IMG/VR virus record: IMGVR_UViG_3300025687_000026
Span: 32,001 to 96,000 of that record
Strand: one strand, 5' to 3'
Length of the DNA: 64,000 nt
From: a virus
In this document: positions 18,781-32,100 of the stretch, piece by piece
Layout of the letters: the number at the start of each line of letters is the position of its first letter
Numbering within the stretch: position 1 is the stretch's first letter
Translations under genes and position numbers: made by a program
The notes under the pieces: generated by a model
What the model was told of the DNA's origin: nothing
The model's input: the letters and a program-made list of their open reading frames with translations, nothing else
Database searches by the model: none

Positions 18781-20189
18781 TATGCGTCACCTCTGTATGT
18801 GATTGGAGTGGACTTGCTACCACCGAGGGTTTCTTCGTCACTACTTCCACCGAGCACGCCCCTGTTCATGGCTTTACCGATGATAAACCCTGAGAGGCCG
18901 TGATTCTGAATTGTAATGATGGGAACCGTGACAATTTCGATGTCACCAAACAACGAGAAGTTTTGTTCAATGACCTGCTCGACGACTTCAGGCCGACGGC
19001 CGGTGTTCTGAGCACCCTCAAGAATGCCTTGCAGCACGCCTTCAATGCCGCTGTCAACGGTGAGGAAAACAAGGTCAGCGGTGTTCTCCGAAAGGTTGTG
19101 ACGCACTTCGGTGAGGATGCGGTTGCGTCCTTCATATTCGATGATTTTACCCGGTCGCAAGTCCCATGAAGCGGTGTGACCTGAACTGGTCTTGTTACCG
19201 GCGAGAAGGTTGTTGGCCTTCAACACGCTGCGTGCAACACGACGGGCCGCCTCGTTGTTTCGCACCGTGAAGTCTTCAATGACCTGCGGGTCCTGTTGCA
19301 CATCGCCACCACGACCACTCTGTCGCTCAGCATCGCTGACTTCGGCGTAGGCGGTATCGTTGACCGAGAGGGGTGTGCCTTGCACGATAACACGGTTGCT
19401 GGTGTTGTCGACTGGGTTGGTTCCAGCAGGCCCGGTCCTGTTGTTAGCGTCGACGAAACGACCGCTTTCACCGAAGTTGAACGGCACATAGAGCAGGCTA
19501 CCAAAGCGCTCAAAGTAGATGATGCGATTGTCATGACGCCCAAGGAAACGCAACGCCGTGACGAGGTTGACTCCGTAGAAGTCGGTAGCGATAAAGCGGG
19601 TGCTGTGACGGCGACGGTCACCGCTGGAGTTGCTGGGAGTGAGCGGAAGTGCGATGTTGACCGAGGTGAGCGTATCAGCGATGTCACGACCAAGACGCAT
19701 GGCCATGTCGGTCGTGCGGAAACCGACATCAATTGGCTGCGCTGCGTAACCTGCCGTGCTGTTGAAGCCCAGTTCACTGAGCGTTTTGCCTTTCATGTTC
19801 CGCACTGCAAAAACAGAACCCTTGTTTCCAGTGGAGTGACTACCGAGTGACAGGCGCTCAGTCTGCTGGTCTATAGAATACAACATCCTCGGACTATTTG
19901 AAGCAGCATCGCTACGCATGTAGAAGATGCGATTTTGTGAAGTGTGACCCGGCGTTGATGTGTGAGTCAAAACGACACTGTCTTGACGCTCGTCGATGGT
20001 GTAAGAGTGCGTTGATGCGACAGCGTAGGTTGAGGTCTTGCGTTGCTTGACGGTGACCTTAGCCTGCGTTGTGCCCTGCATAGCAATTTCACCAAGGTGC
20101 ACTGCGTTGTCGACGAAGACTGGCTTGCGCACTTGTTTCATCACGACATCGGTGTCACCGGTCGTGCGTTGCTGTGCGAGGAAGGTCAC
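18780..20189 (-). CDS. Tail/baseplate hub-like protein
   Basis: A...AR..L and DLRPGKII...LTEVRH C-terminal pattern typical of tail hub proteins; position in operon. Confidence 0.55.
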   Translation of the reverse strand: MTFLAQQRTTGDTDVVMKQVRKPVFVDNAVHLGEIAMQGTTQAKVTVKQRKTSTYAVASTHSYTIDERQDSVVLTHTSTPGHTSQNRIFYMRSDAASNSPRMLYSIDQQTERLSLGSHSTGNKGSVFAVRNMKGKTLSELGFNSTAGYAAQPIDVGFRTTDMAMRLGRDIADTLTSVNIALPLTPSNSSGDRRRHSTRFIATDFYGVNLVTALRFLGRHDNRIIYFERFGSLLYVPFNFGESGRFVDANNRTGPAGTNPVDNTSNRVIVQGTPLSVNDTAYAEVSDAERQSGRGGDVQQDPQVIEDFTVRNNEAARRVARSVLKANNLLAGNKTSSGHTASWDLRPGKIIEYEGRNRILTEVRHNLSENTADLVFLTVDSGIEGVLQGILEGAQNTGRRPEVVEQVIEQNFSLFGDIEIVTVPIITIQNHGLSGFIIGKAMNRGVLGGSSDEETLGGSKSTPITYRGDA

Positions 20190-23100
20190 GGAGCATCACC
20201 ACTGTGGTCGGATGTGTTGTAAGTCACATCGGCCTTGTGTCCCTTGCTATGCAGAGACTGACTGAAGCGGGGCTTGACTGAGTAGTCCTTACCGCTACCT
20301 GTGCGACGAGGAGCGTCGCTGCGATAGTGCTGCAGCGTGTTCTCGCTGATGAGCAAACGAGTCACTGTGGACTTGAGTGTGCCGGTGTCGAATGTAGGCA
20401 TCGCCGAACCGGGGAGTTTCGGACCCTTCGACACCGGCACAGTGTCGCTACTGCTTTCCATCAAATAAACGGGCTGGTAAGGAGCGTTTCCGTCAGGCAC
20501 CGTTGCACGCATGTAAGAGCCCGCTGAGGCGTTGGTGGACTCGTAGGTGAAGAGCCCATACTTGCCGCCAGCAGTGGCGGTGTAGAAGGTGCTTCCGTAT
20601 TGAGGTGTGCCGCTGGCGACAGCGCGAACAGGGCGGAAGACTTCGATGTGTTGGTTGTCCAGCAGACGCACCGGACGCAACATGAATCGCACTGTCGTGT
20701 CCGTGAGGTTATGAGGTGTCGTCGTGCTTGTCGTGGTCTGATATGGATTGCTGGTTGTGCCCGAACCGCTGCGACCCCAACCGGTGTCATCGAATGGGTT
20801 GACGAACGAGCGGGACTCAAGGATGTAGGTGCCGCCCATGGGCTTGATGTTACCAGTGTGGCTAAAACGCATGACCCCGCCTTGAGGTTGAGCAGCGAAG
20901 GAGAGGCTCGTTAGGTCATAGTCTTCCAGCGTCTGCGAACCTGACTGCAATCCACCCTGCAGGACGATACGCTGCCCAACACCACGGTCAGTGTGCAGGC
21001 TATGAGCCTCACTGTTGATGGCGACCATGTCGGCATTGATGCCGGTGGAGAAGGACTCAAGCGTGTCAGCGTCAATACCGATACGGGGCGAGGAGCGAGA
21101 GATTGGCTCTTTGTGCACCGAGGTGCCGGTGATGCTCTCGACACGGTCGCTGACTGCAGCCTCGGGCTTAAGCAAACCGTCCTCAGCAATTTCAAGGCGA
21201 CCACTGATACCACGCTTGACTTCGTCGGGCTGCAGCACATCATCACGAGGTCGCAGCAACCCTTGACCGAAGGTTGGCTCAGCCGTGTGATGCGAGAGAA
21301 CGACGCCCGAACCTTCGTAGACGGCGCTTAATTCGGTTAGAACATCCTCGTTGAACTGCGTTGGATAACGCACACCACGCCCACCACCCATGTCGCCGAC
21401 ACGCATGGCGTTGGTTGGGGCAAAGACATCGACAAGGACGAAGGCGTTGTTGTTGTTTGTGTCATTGAGTCGACCACCAAAGCGTGGAATGACTTCAGTT
21501 GGGCTGCTCAACACTTTGCCCGTAAGAGGGTCAACGACACCTTTGAAGTTGACAATCGGCTTACCTCCGTTCCACAACCGAGCGTAAGGTGAACGACCGT
21601 AAGTGCGGTCGTATTCGTATGCGTCGCCTGCGTCCCAAGCAGGACGGATGCCGAAGCCACGCACCGGTGCTTTGCGGACATCTTCACCGCGAGTGTTGCC
21701 CCACCAGTCGACAAGATAGTAGCCCGCCGCACCTTCAATGGTGCCGATACCAAGACCTTGGCTATCACCCCACCAGTCACGAGGAGCGTCAGCATTGTTG
21801 CGAATGATGCGAACAGGACAGCCAAACGAGCGAGTCATGCGGCGACCGTCGCTGTAGCGCACCTGCCATTCAGGTTTGTCGGGCCCGAGCATACCACTAA
21901 AGTTGGTCTGCCTTTCCATAACGCCAACATAGGTCGTTGGTAGCGTTTTTGGGGTCAAACCAGCACCACCAGCGTAATTCCAATCTTGCGATTCGTATTC
22001 GACCAGTGGACCGGGCTTGTAACCGAGGGTCAGGTTGCTGCTACTATAGGAGGATTCAGTGAAGGCACGCATGCCGTAGTGTCCCCATTGAGGGCGGTTC
22101 CACGGTTGACGCAGACCGAATCGGTAGCCGAATGGATAAGAGCGGGTGCTCACAAGACTCGATGCGATGCCGATGCCGTCGCTCGCAGTATAAGAAGCAG
22201 CATCGCCAGTGTCTTCCCAATGCTTACCGCCGCCTGCTTCGTAGAGGGCTGGTAGATTCCACGCAGCAGACCAAGCAGCATAGCCGTCAAGACGACTGAC
22301 GAGTGGTCCGCCACGGCTACCGCTTGGCCAATAGTGACTGAGCATGACAGTGTTGCTGCCTTGCGCTTGATAACCCGACATAATGTGAATGTTAGCAGCC
22401 GTCTCTGCTGTTCCGTCAGCGCCAAAGTAGACCTTGGACCCAACGGCCGGTGTAAAGAGGATGTCTGTAGTCAGAACAATGTTCACACCGCTTATTCCAC
22501 CGCCTGCAATTTTACCCAACACCTTACCTTCGACAAAAATGTAATCGCCTGCTGAAGCCCCGTCGCTACTGACATCAGCATTCATCGTGATGGTGGAAGG
22601 TGAACCGGCCGCTGATTGGAAAGTGCCTGAGAACTGACTGGGTGGCTCGGGCGTCTTGAAATCGAGGTGGAACGGACCAAGGCTGGCGGCGTAGTTGACG
22701 CCGTGATAATGCACCGTCTCAAAGTGTTCAGGCATGCTGTTGTAGGCCGCTTTGTCTACAGCCCGGTCATCAGTAGCGTCGCCCCATGTTCGGCTGCTGT
22801 CGGAGTAGAAAGTATGGGGTCGACCGAGGTTTGGATGCCATGCGCAAACGAATGCGTCAGGAGTGTAGAGACTGTTCGTATCTCGTGTCCCACCACGCAA
22901 CTGGTCGAGATTAAGCGACAAAACACCTTGCGACTTGGTCAATAGCGAAGTCGAAACTTCACGACTGTAAGGTCGACTTAAGCGGAGCACGGTGCCCGCA
23001 CTCGGCAAACTCAAAGCAGTCGTGATGAAACGATAGGGTTGGTTCATTGTTCCGCTACTGTAAGTCAAGCCTGTGCGTTTGGTGTAAGACAGCGTCTGAG

Positions 23101-26100
23101 TCACACCGTCATTATCGGTGTAGACCAGTTGTTGACCGTAGTAGGGCACTTCAGGGAACAACGAAGCGTCATCGACCTGAATGTAACCAACGCCCGTGCT
23201 CTGCACCGTGGCGACAGGTGAAATGGAGGTGTTAGCCAGCACCTTGGAGTAGATGTCAGGGCTAATGGAGGGATAGCCACCAAGCGTCAACTGAGCGCCA
23301 AGTGCTCCATGAGAGGCACGACAGAACTCGTAGTAGTTGTCAAGACGATAGAGGGCGAGATGGCGGAAACCTGTGGCCGTAGCGTCATCGGGGGAGTTTT
23401 TGTGCAAAATGCTCCACCATGGGATGTTCAATGTGTAACCGGGTGTGGCGTCAACGAACATGCTCGTGTGATAGGGGTGAGAGCGACGAGTGAAAGTGGG
23501 CGATTCGCTACCCTGCACACCCAATGCGTTGTAAAGCAGCATCGGTGGGAGATTGCTAAACTGACTGCCGTGGTCAGGGTCGTGGTCAAGGATGACCTCG
23601 TTGACGAAAATCTCGCAGCCGCGCACATCAGCAAGCGTCGCTTCAGAAAGGATGAGAGTCGCCGCACCAATCGCCGTCCCTCGCTCGCTGTCATACTTGA
23701 TGCCGACCACGAGGTGCACTTGTTGACCGGTGAGTTCACGAGCAGTGCCGTCGGGTAAGGCTGAAGCGTCACTGTTGTTATGATGGAAGCCAGTAAGTTG
23801 TTGCTTACGCAGGTTAGGCTGGATGACAATTTGATAGGCACCAACCTCGGCAGGGTCAGGGAAGTGTCCGTCCTGCGTGTAGTTGGCTCCTGCCTCAAGC
23901 ACGATGGAGTGGCCACCGGCTTTGTTGATGTCGCCAGCATCGCCCTTGGATGCGAGGACGCCGTAGCCATCAAAGCGCACCTTTGTTTCAAACATCAGCG
24001 TGAAGGCCCCACCATGGATGTCGCTGGGACCGCTCGGCGTAGCGGTCAGACTACCGATGCGCAGTTGCGGGTTGAGAGGGTGTAGGTAGTCGGTGACGCT
24101 GGCCGGTAGGGTTGTCGTGGTTGGGTCCACATTCTCCAGTAGACGGATGAGGTCGGCATCTTGGAGTGTCGCTCTGCGCTCGGCCTCGTGCTTGCCGTAG
24201 AGGCCTTGGTAAGCAGGATGAGCCCAGTGACCGGGTAGCATCGGCATCGTAGCGTTAACGAAGTGATGTCCCATACGAGGCATCGGCATTGGTGTGAGTT
24301 GCGGTTTGCTGTAGCGTGTGTGAGCCAGCAACGCAGTGCCGGTGATGTATTCAGTATGAGCCATGTCAGGGCTGTTACCGCTCACTTCGGCGTGGTCACG
24401 CAAGCGGCGTGCTGCAAAGAAGCGAGTGCTACCAGCAGGGATGTAGTAGGAGGGTGTGATGGTGGCGCTTGGATTGGCTGCGATAAACTCGGTGAAGTCA
24501 ATGTCACCAACCACGCCAGTGAAGGTGTCGCCGCTTATGCCCGTGTAGGACACTACGCACGAGTCGCCGCTGCTTGAAAGGCGCAAGAAACGACGGTTGT
24601 CGCTAACTTCTTTGGAAGCAAACGCTGCATCAAAAACACGGCTGTTGATGGTGGCTGAAGCGGTCAACACACCGCTGCTGTAAGAAGACACGGTGAGGCT
24701 TTGCGTCTCAACGCCGTTGCTGTGCGTGTAGACGGTTGGGAAGCGGTCCGTGTGGCTGTGCCCCATCTTTGTGACATGGAAGAAGAGCGTGCGGTCGTGC
24801 AATTCGTAAGACGACTGCAGTGGGCGGTTACCGGTAGTTTCAACCCATCCGTTCTTCGTGCTGTCGGGGAAGGCACTACCTTCAGCGATGTGCTCCCAAC
24901 CCACTTCGTTCATGGTCGGACCGTAGCGCGGTCCGCTGATGGCGTTGTCAAACAGATGTCCGAGGTGGCTCGCACCAAGGTCGGGGTGAATCATACCGCC
25001 GTCGCCCATTGTCTCGTTTTGATAGGCTTGCAGCCGGTCAAATCCGCTGCGGACAAGGATGTTACCGGGGATGGACTCAGGGTCAGGAAGTTGGACCACG
25101 AGGTTTGGCGAGGTTGAGGTGTTGGCTACCGAAGGAGCCAAACCGCTGGCGAGGCGCTCACCAGCAGCACGGAAGGCACGAATGACCACACCGAGTGGCG
25201 AGCCGCCGCTAAGCGTGTGTGTTTGTCCCGTGTCGTCAATGACTTCCATCTCTTCAAACTGCAGATGCTCGTTGGGAATCTCAAGCACATTCTGTAGTTT
25301 GATACGGTGCTTTTCAGCCAGTTGCGGATGCGCCAGTTCCTGCGCTTGCAGGACAGGTAACATAGCGCTGTTCGTTGTCTCAAAAGAGAAACGGACATTC
25401 CCAAGCAACTTCTCACCCGTAGTGTAGCCTACACCGCCGCTGACACGGTTCACCCAAGGCACAGCACCAAGTCCACGAGCGTTGACGGCAGGCATCGAGA
25501 GGCTACCACCGTCCATTCGTTTCCACACAACATGCTCAATGTTGAAGTTCTTAGCAGGGGAGCGAGCATACATCTCGTAAGCGTTGACATCTCCGACCCA
25601 AAAGGTGTTTTTTTGCTTCGTCCCACCAAACAGTGTAGAAGGTTGGACAGATGCGGAAGCATAGAAGTTAGCAGCAACATTCCGTTGCGCCCCTGCGCTG
25701 GCTGAGAAGTGGGAGCCGATGCTCTTGTCAAGGTCAAAAAAGAGGTCGCCGGTTTTCGTAAAGCAGGGCTCAGCGTTTTCCAAGTCACTCTCAGCAGTAA
25801 TCGGCGGATGAAGTGAGAACTCTGCGTCAAATGGAGCGCCGTCCAAAGCGTTCGTAACAGTGTAATCTGAGATAGTTGGACGAGAAGTTGCATTGTGGAT
25901 GAGTGCCTCGACATTCGGGCCTGCGTGCGCTGGAGCATAGAAGCGGTCTTGACCGTGAATGCGGTCGTCCCAGCGCACTGTGCCCGCCTTAGTGACATCA
26001 GCAGCGTCGACAAGACGCAGCCAGTCACCAACGCTCTTTTGCCCGTCACGGTCCGTCTTGGCGACAAGAGCCAATTCTGACTCATGAGAGATAACAAGCA

Positions 26101-29100
26101 TCGCACGGGAGAACACACCTTGCATGTGAGTGAGTTCTTTCTGCATCTCAGGCTCGTTTTCCATAATGGGCGGTGTGTTGAAGTCGCTACTGTCGGTAAA
26201 GGCGAGGGTGTAGGAACCTGAGTCTGTTCCCATATCGTAGCGGTCTTGCGGCGCATCGGGGTTGCTATTGGAGGGGAAGGTAGCCAACCCATCTGAACCG
26301 TTGTTCGGTGGTGCAGATTCAGGACTGTTCGGCATGGGGGTGATGTTCGGTAGATGGCCGAGCACGCTGGCGCAGCCCATGCTTCCACCGTAGGGTGAGA
26401 AACCAAGCGAAGCGTGCCATGCTCCCAAACCAGCAGCATATTGTCCGCTAAGCCCACCACTCAGTGTGTTGAGATAGGAATAGCGCTCACCAGCCCAACC
26501 TGCAACACCAACGGGTTTAGTTCGGTCAATAGCGTCAACGAGGCCGTTGAAGTGGACTTGTCCATAACCGCTCACCCTCGTCGTATTCCTCCATTGGTGG
26601 ACACCTGCCTTAACCCACACATACAGTTTTAGTCCCGATACACCGGAGCCCAGCGTTGGGTAGGTCAACGGGTTACCGTCAAGGTAGTTATCCCATGTCG
26701 CTACACTCTCAAAAGCACCGTAACCGCTGATTCGATTCTGTCCAAGGAAGAACTTGACTTTGTAACTACCACCGACATACAGGACGATGCGGCTGTGATA
26801 GGGAGCAAAGGCCGGTGAGTTCTCTCCGAGGATAGTTGTAGCAAACGAGTTAGTGGTGCGAATCCAACCCGTTTCAGGAATGTTGTAACCATCGTCAGGA
26901 TTGCTACCAATGTCGACGGTGATGAAGGACGAATTGAGAGCGATGCCTCCACCTCCTTGCGCATAGTCGACAATGTTAGCGCCTTCAAGTTCCCGCCACC
27001 CGTAACGGTCTTGCTTCATGGCGTTGCTAAAACTCGGTAAGAAGGTCCCGCCCATGGCTTTGAGTGCACCGCCGCCGGGATAGGTGTTGATAGCGGCACC
27101 GAGTAGAGCGGCTAACTCTTCTCCGTTTTGACAGCGAGTGGCGTCTACAGCGATGTATTCCATGTCGATGATGTCACGCGTGACTGTTTCAGACACAAAG
27201 GCACCCGAAGAGCCGTAAAGAATCTTGGTCGCCAGTGGAGCGGCAACACGGAAAGCACTGGGATGCAATTCGTTGCCGCTAATGGCGCTCTTTGACACTC
27301 GACTGTTGTCATCAGGATGAGGCGGATTGAAAGTAATTTGATTGTCCATCCACGAACCGCCCGGATGGTAACCGCCATCCATGTGGAAACACCAGTCTGA
27401 ACTACTCGCCATGGAGAAGCCCATGTAGACCCCGTGACGGTTGGGGTGAGCCATGCGGTAGTCATGAACATTGGACACCGTGAGGTTAGTCGCTCCTGAA
27501 GTGAACACTTCACCATACATACGACCAGCCTCGGGACGCTGGCGCAGAATCTCAACATTGGGCTTACCCTGAGCAGGTTCCCAGTTGATGGTTTGACGCC
27601 AATGGAATCGACCGCGGTTGAGTTGATAGGTGCTGGTCCACGGCATGTAGTGACCGGCGTCGTTCATGATGTGGTTGGGCATGAATGCCGTGTTGCTACC
27701 CGTGTGAGCAGGCACTTTAGACCAAGTGTTACCCACCGTGATAGCCCGTCCGGGCGCAGGTTCGTAGGTGTTGACGGGCGTCGCCTCCTCTTGCGTAAAT
27801 GGGAAGGCCTGACCGGGGCCAAAAATGAGGAATGTTGTTTTGTTTTCAACACCATCACGGTGGTCGTTGTAGCGGGCTGTTGGGTGAGCGAAGCGTAGCA
27901 CCAAAGGAATGGGCACCTGAATAGCAACGCCTGCCGTGTAGGGGGCGGGATTGGGATGGTCAGGGTGAACGGTCTGAGTCCCGCCCTTGATGTCAGGACT
28001 GAGGAGGCTATCCTGATTGAAGAACGGTGGATTGATGCTTCCACGATGCTGATTCAAAAGTGCTGTGCCGGGGAAGAAGGCCATGATTGCGTTGCAGTCC
28101 ACCAATGAGAAGGACGAGAGTGTCTCGTTGGCGTGCTGAATGCCCGCCACACCGGTCGGCCCGTTTGCATAAGGATGAGTGTATTTTTCGCTGTAGTCGT
28201 TAGCGCTACCGTCATTGACATCAATGGTTACACCGCTAAAGCCGCCACCGAAGAACAACGGAACCCAATGGTCGCTGCTGTCCCGACCCCCACGGAAGAA
28301 CACTTGCGACCGTGAGTGGAGGCTACCAAGCACACGCACACCGGCAGTCCTGAAGGCTCGCAGCGCACCGTAGCGCTGAATGGTTGGGTCGGTGGACGGT
28401 TTGGCGTCGGGTGGAGTTCCAGTCAATGTTGCTTCATCAATCAAGATGTGGTCAAGTGAAGTAAAACCGGAAGACGCTGTTCCACCGTTGACAGTAGTTG
28501 CGAGAGCGGAAGAGAAGTTTCCAAAATAGACCTCGGATTGACTGCTAAAGGACGCAACTTTCGCAAGGCTGCTGATGGTGTCTCCTTCGTTACCAGCAGG
28601 TCGGAAGAAGTGCCATGGCTTACCGCTACCGGCAGCCAACCCCACTTCAGGGAACTTAGGTGAGTTGATGTAAGAGTCGTTTGCATCGGTTTCAAGAGTT
28701 GGGTTGTTGACCATTGGTAGGATGTGGTCGCCTGAGTAAGCAGTAAAGCGTTGACCGTTGAGATTTTGTTCCCACACTTCCGTGTCAACAGGTTCGTTGC
28801 TTGAGTCGACGAGAACCGGTGAGGCAGTGTTGGCGTTAGAGCCGCGCCCCTTGGTGCTCACTTGCACGACAGTGTAGGGAATGTAGCCACACTCTGCTCT
28901 TAAGCCAGCATCAATTTGAGCATCGGTGGCTGCCCGGTTGTTGGAACTGGGCAGGGTCACACCATCCTTGGTCATCTTGACAAACTGCACATCCCCGTGC
29001 TCAACATGGGCGGCTTGAATCGCCATGTCACGATGTAGCGTGGCGGTGAAAAAGTCAGAGATTGGTCGCACTTTACGGGCCGTGTTGTAAGCACGAATGC

Positions 29101-32100
29101 GAATAGCATCTTCAGCCACGCCCCATTGACCGAGAGTGCGTCCATCAGCAGCGAAAAACTCAGTGCAATCAAACGGCACACCCTCCTCAATGTTTGGATT
29201 CGGTAGGTTGATGGCCGTCGTGACCACTGCCGCCAACAGTTCGTCGGTGACCAATGTGGTCCAATTAGCGCAAGACGACACCAATGCACGAATGCTTGTC
29301 GTGTTGAGGCCAAAACGCTTAGCACCGACGGTAACGGTCGAAGCCGTAGCGAAAGTGTGTGAAGTCATGAACTCGGTGCCTTCGACGCCGTAAAAAATGT
29401 GGGGGCCTGTGTTATCGTTACGGGTGCGACTCGTGTAGGAAAACATGTGACCCCATGAGCCAACAGCGGTGGCTGCGTTGAAGGGGTCTGATACCTGAAT
29501 GACGCCATCTTCAATTGGAAAGCCCATGTAACCCAGCACATCGAAGTGAGGACAGTTGTTGTAAGGGTCGGTCATCTCCAAGGTCAGCGTCTTGGCTGAA
29601 CTGTCGTAAGTGGCCTTGCAGTCGTAGGCTGCGTTGACACTCGGAACACCGTTCCACCGGTTACCTTCCCAACCAATCAGCGTAGCGTTGCTCGGATTTG
29701 CACCGAAACGACCAGTAGCGTCACCCAATCCACGCATGTGGCGACCGATGGTCAAGCCGCCCTGCCCGACATCTCGGTCGTCAATGTAGATGACAATTTC
29801 ATCCTCAAGCGTGTCAGGCAGTTGCGTTTCATCCAGTGTGAAGTTGTTGTTAATCGCTCGGTAGACGATGCGAATACCATGACGCCTACCAAGGTGGTCA
29901 ATGAATTGAAACCCGTAGAGTGGCGAATCACCGATAGCGTCGTGTGAGATTTGAGAAGCAGGCACATGACCCGTGTAGGTCACCGGGAGAGTGTCGCCCG
30001 ATGTGTTCTGAATATCACCATATCGCTTATCGAAGCGCTTGTCACCCTTGCGACCAAAGCCCCACTTCCCGGCATCGGGTGCGAATCCGGGGATTCCGGC
30101 AGCAACAAGACCGCCAAAGTTCACACGACCGGTAGCCTGCGAACCTGTGCGGAGCCCTTCGGTGTAGTTGGTAATGTAGCCTTCAGCCTCCAACGATTCC
30201 GTGTTGACGGTGTTGAAGGACTGGCCGGAGCCCGTCACCATCGACATGGCTCGCATAACCGGGTCCGAGGATTCATCACCACGCTGAGCAAAGTCACCGG
30301 TGGACTTGACATCAGCAGATGAAGCATCGGGCAGGGTGTATTGACGCAGCGAAGTAATCGGTGCAAAGGGTCGCCCGTGCTTGTTTAGAGGCATTGGCGC
30401 TGGGTGCATGTTCTCGCCACTGAGTTCATCAGGTTGACACCAAAAAGTCCTGAAGCGACCACCGTGACCAATCAAGAACTCAGGTTGGTAAGCCGATTGA
30501 CCCCGAGCGTTGTCAAGCCACACAGCAAAGTTGCGACCGGTAGCACCGGGCACGGTGCTGTGAATGACCACGGAGAAACCTTCTCGTCCCTTGGTGTCTT
30601 GCACGACACGGCCAAGATGAGCACGGAAGTAACCCATGTGACTGCCTTGGTCTTGCGTGCTGAACGCCTTGTCTGAGTCCCACCACACGGCAGGGTCGAA
30701 AGCAGAGCCCGTCTCACCGTTGGTAAGATTGGTGCGGGCGTTCTTGGCCCCTGCTTGGTTAATAATTCGCACTACTTCACGAGCAGCAGCCTCAATGTCG
30801 GTGACACCGTCACGAGTAGCGACTTCACCGCAGTCAATGGTAAGACGACGGGTGAAGTCCATTTCAGTCCAGTGCTTAAGATGCTGCAAACGCTGCTCGT
30901 CGTGCGAAGACAGGTCAAGAGCACCTGAGCGAATACCACGCAGAGCAAGGAAGGCAGGGACAACACGAGTGCCGTCGGGTGTATCGAACAGGGTAGATGG
31001 GTCACGGGTCGTGGCCCCTGCCTTCTCCTCACGATGTAGCGTTAAAGCGACGATAAAGCGGTCGAGGTTGGAGCGAACCTTGCGAGTGTAAGTGTGTGCC
31101 TCATTAGCCCAGTAGGGGATGACTGTAGCGTCGTTGGTTCGAGGCTGAATGCTGTCGCCAATCGACCGCTCGCTAAACGGACCGCCGGTGTAATAACCCG
31201 TGTGCACCATGTGTCCGTGTGCCTTCCCATACTGCGTGATGCGGTCAAGTGCCGTGAGGTGGGTTGAAGTGCCCGAAGGAGCGACACTCACGCGGAACCT
31301 ACCGCTTGTGCCGCCGCTCACGGTGATGACATCGTTGTGCTGATAACCTGTCCCGGCAGATGCAATCACCGCTGTAGCAATCGCCCCGCCGCTCACTGTA
31401 ATGGTGACGGTAAGCCCAGCACCGGTGCCCGTCGTGGTCGTTGCCTTGGTTCCAGCCGTGTAACCTGAACCGTTTGCACCGCTACTATAGTAAGGAGTGA
31501 GAGCAGTGACTTTACCCGTGATAGGTGATTTCATGACGCTCGCAGCATAGTGGTTAGCGAGGTCATGAGCATAAGCACTCTCCATGAAACGAGAGCGAGT
31601 AGTGTTGCGGACGAACTTGTTCTGACTGGGATAACCGGCAGCCGTGTCAATTTGAGTGATGTAGCCGTGCTGTCCAGCGCCATTATACTCAATGCCGTAT
31701 TTACCAAGGTCAATTTGGTCGCTACCGTCAACGATGTTCTGCGCCGTGGTGTGCCGTTGGAACCCGATTTCAGTTACCTTGGCGCTGGTTTGAACCTGCA
31801 TGTGAAGGTCTTGGAATGCGACGAACTCACGGTCGTGAGCGACATCGTAGAGAAGGACACGAGCGTGGTCATCACCGTTGAGCATGGGGTCGAGATAAGC
31901 AACTACTGGCGGATTGCTGATACCCAGTTCAGCGTAGTTGACCTCGATGGTCTTATTGACATGCTGAGCGTAGTTGATGGCCGTTTCACGACAAGTGTTG
32001 CCGATGAGGAAGTTTTCAAGCGGTAGACTATCGCGAGCCTCGCCACTGAGAGCACCTTGGCCGCCGTTGAACTCATTCCACACCAAACCCTCGTTGAAGA

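Noticed and set aside
25450-26460. 336-aa alternate-frame ORF inside the giant gene
   Set aside because: Arg/Ser/Thr/Leu-rich off-frame composition with no recognisable motif.
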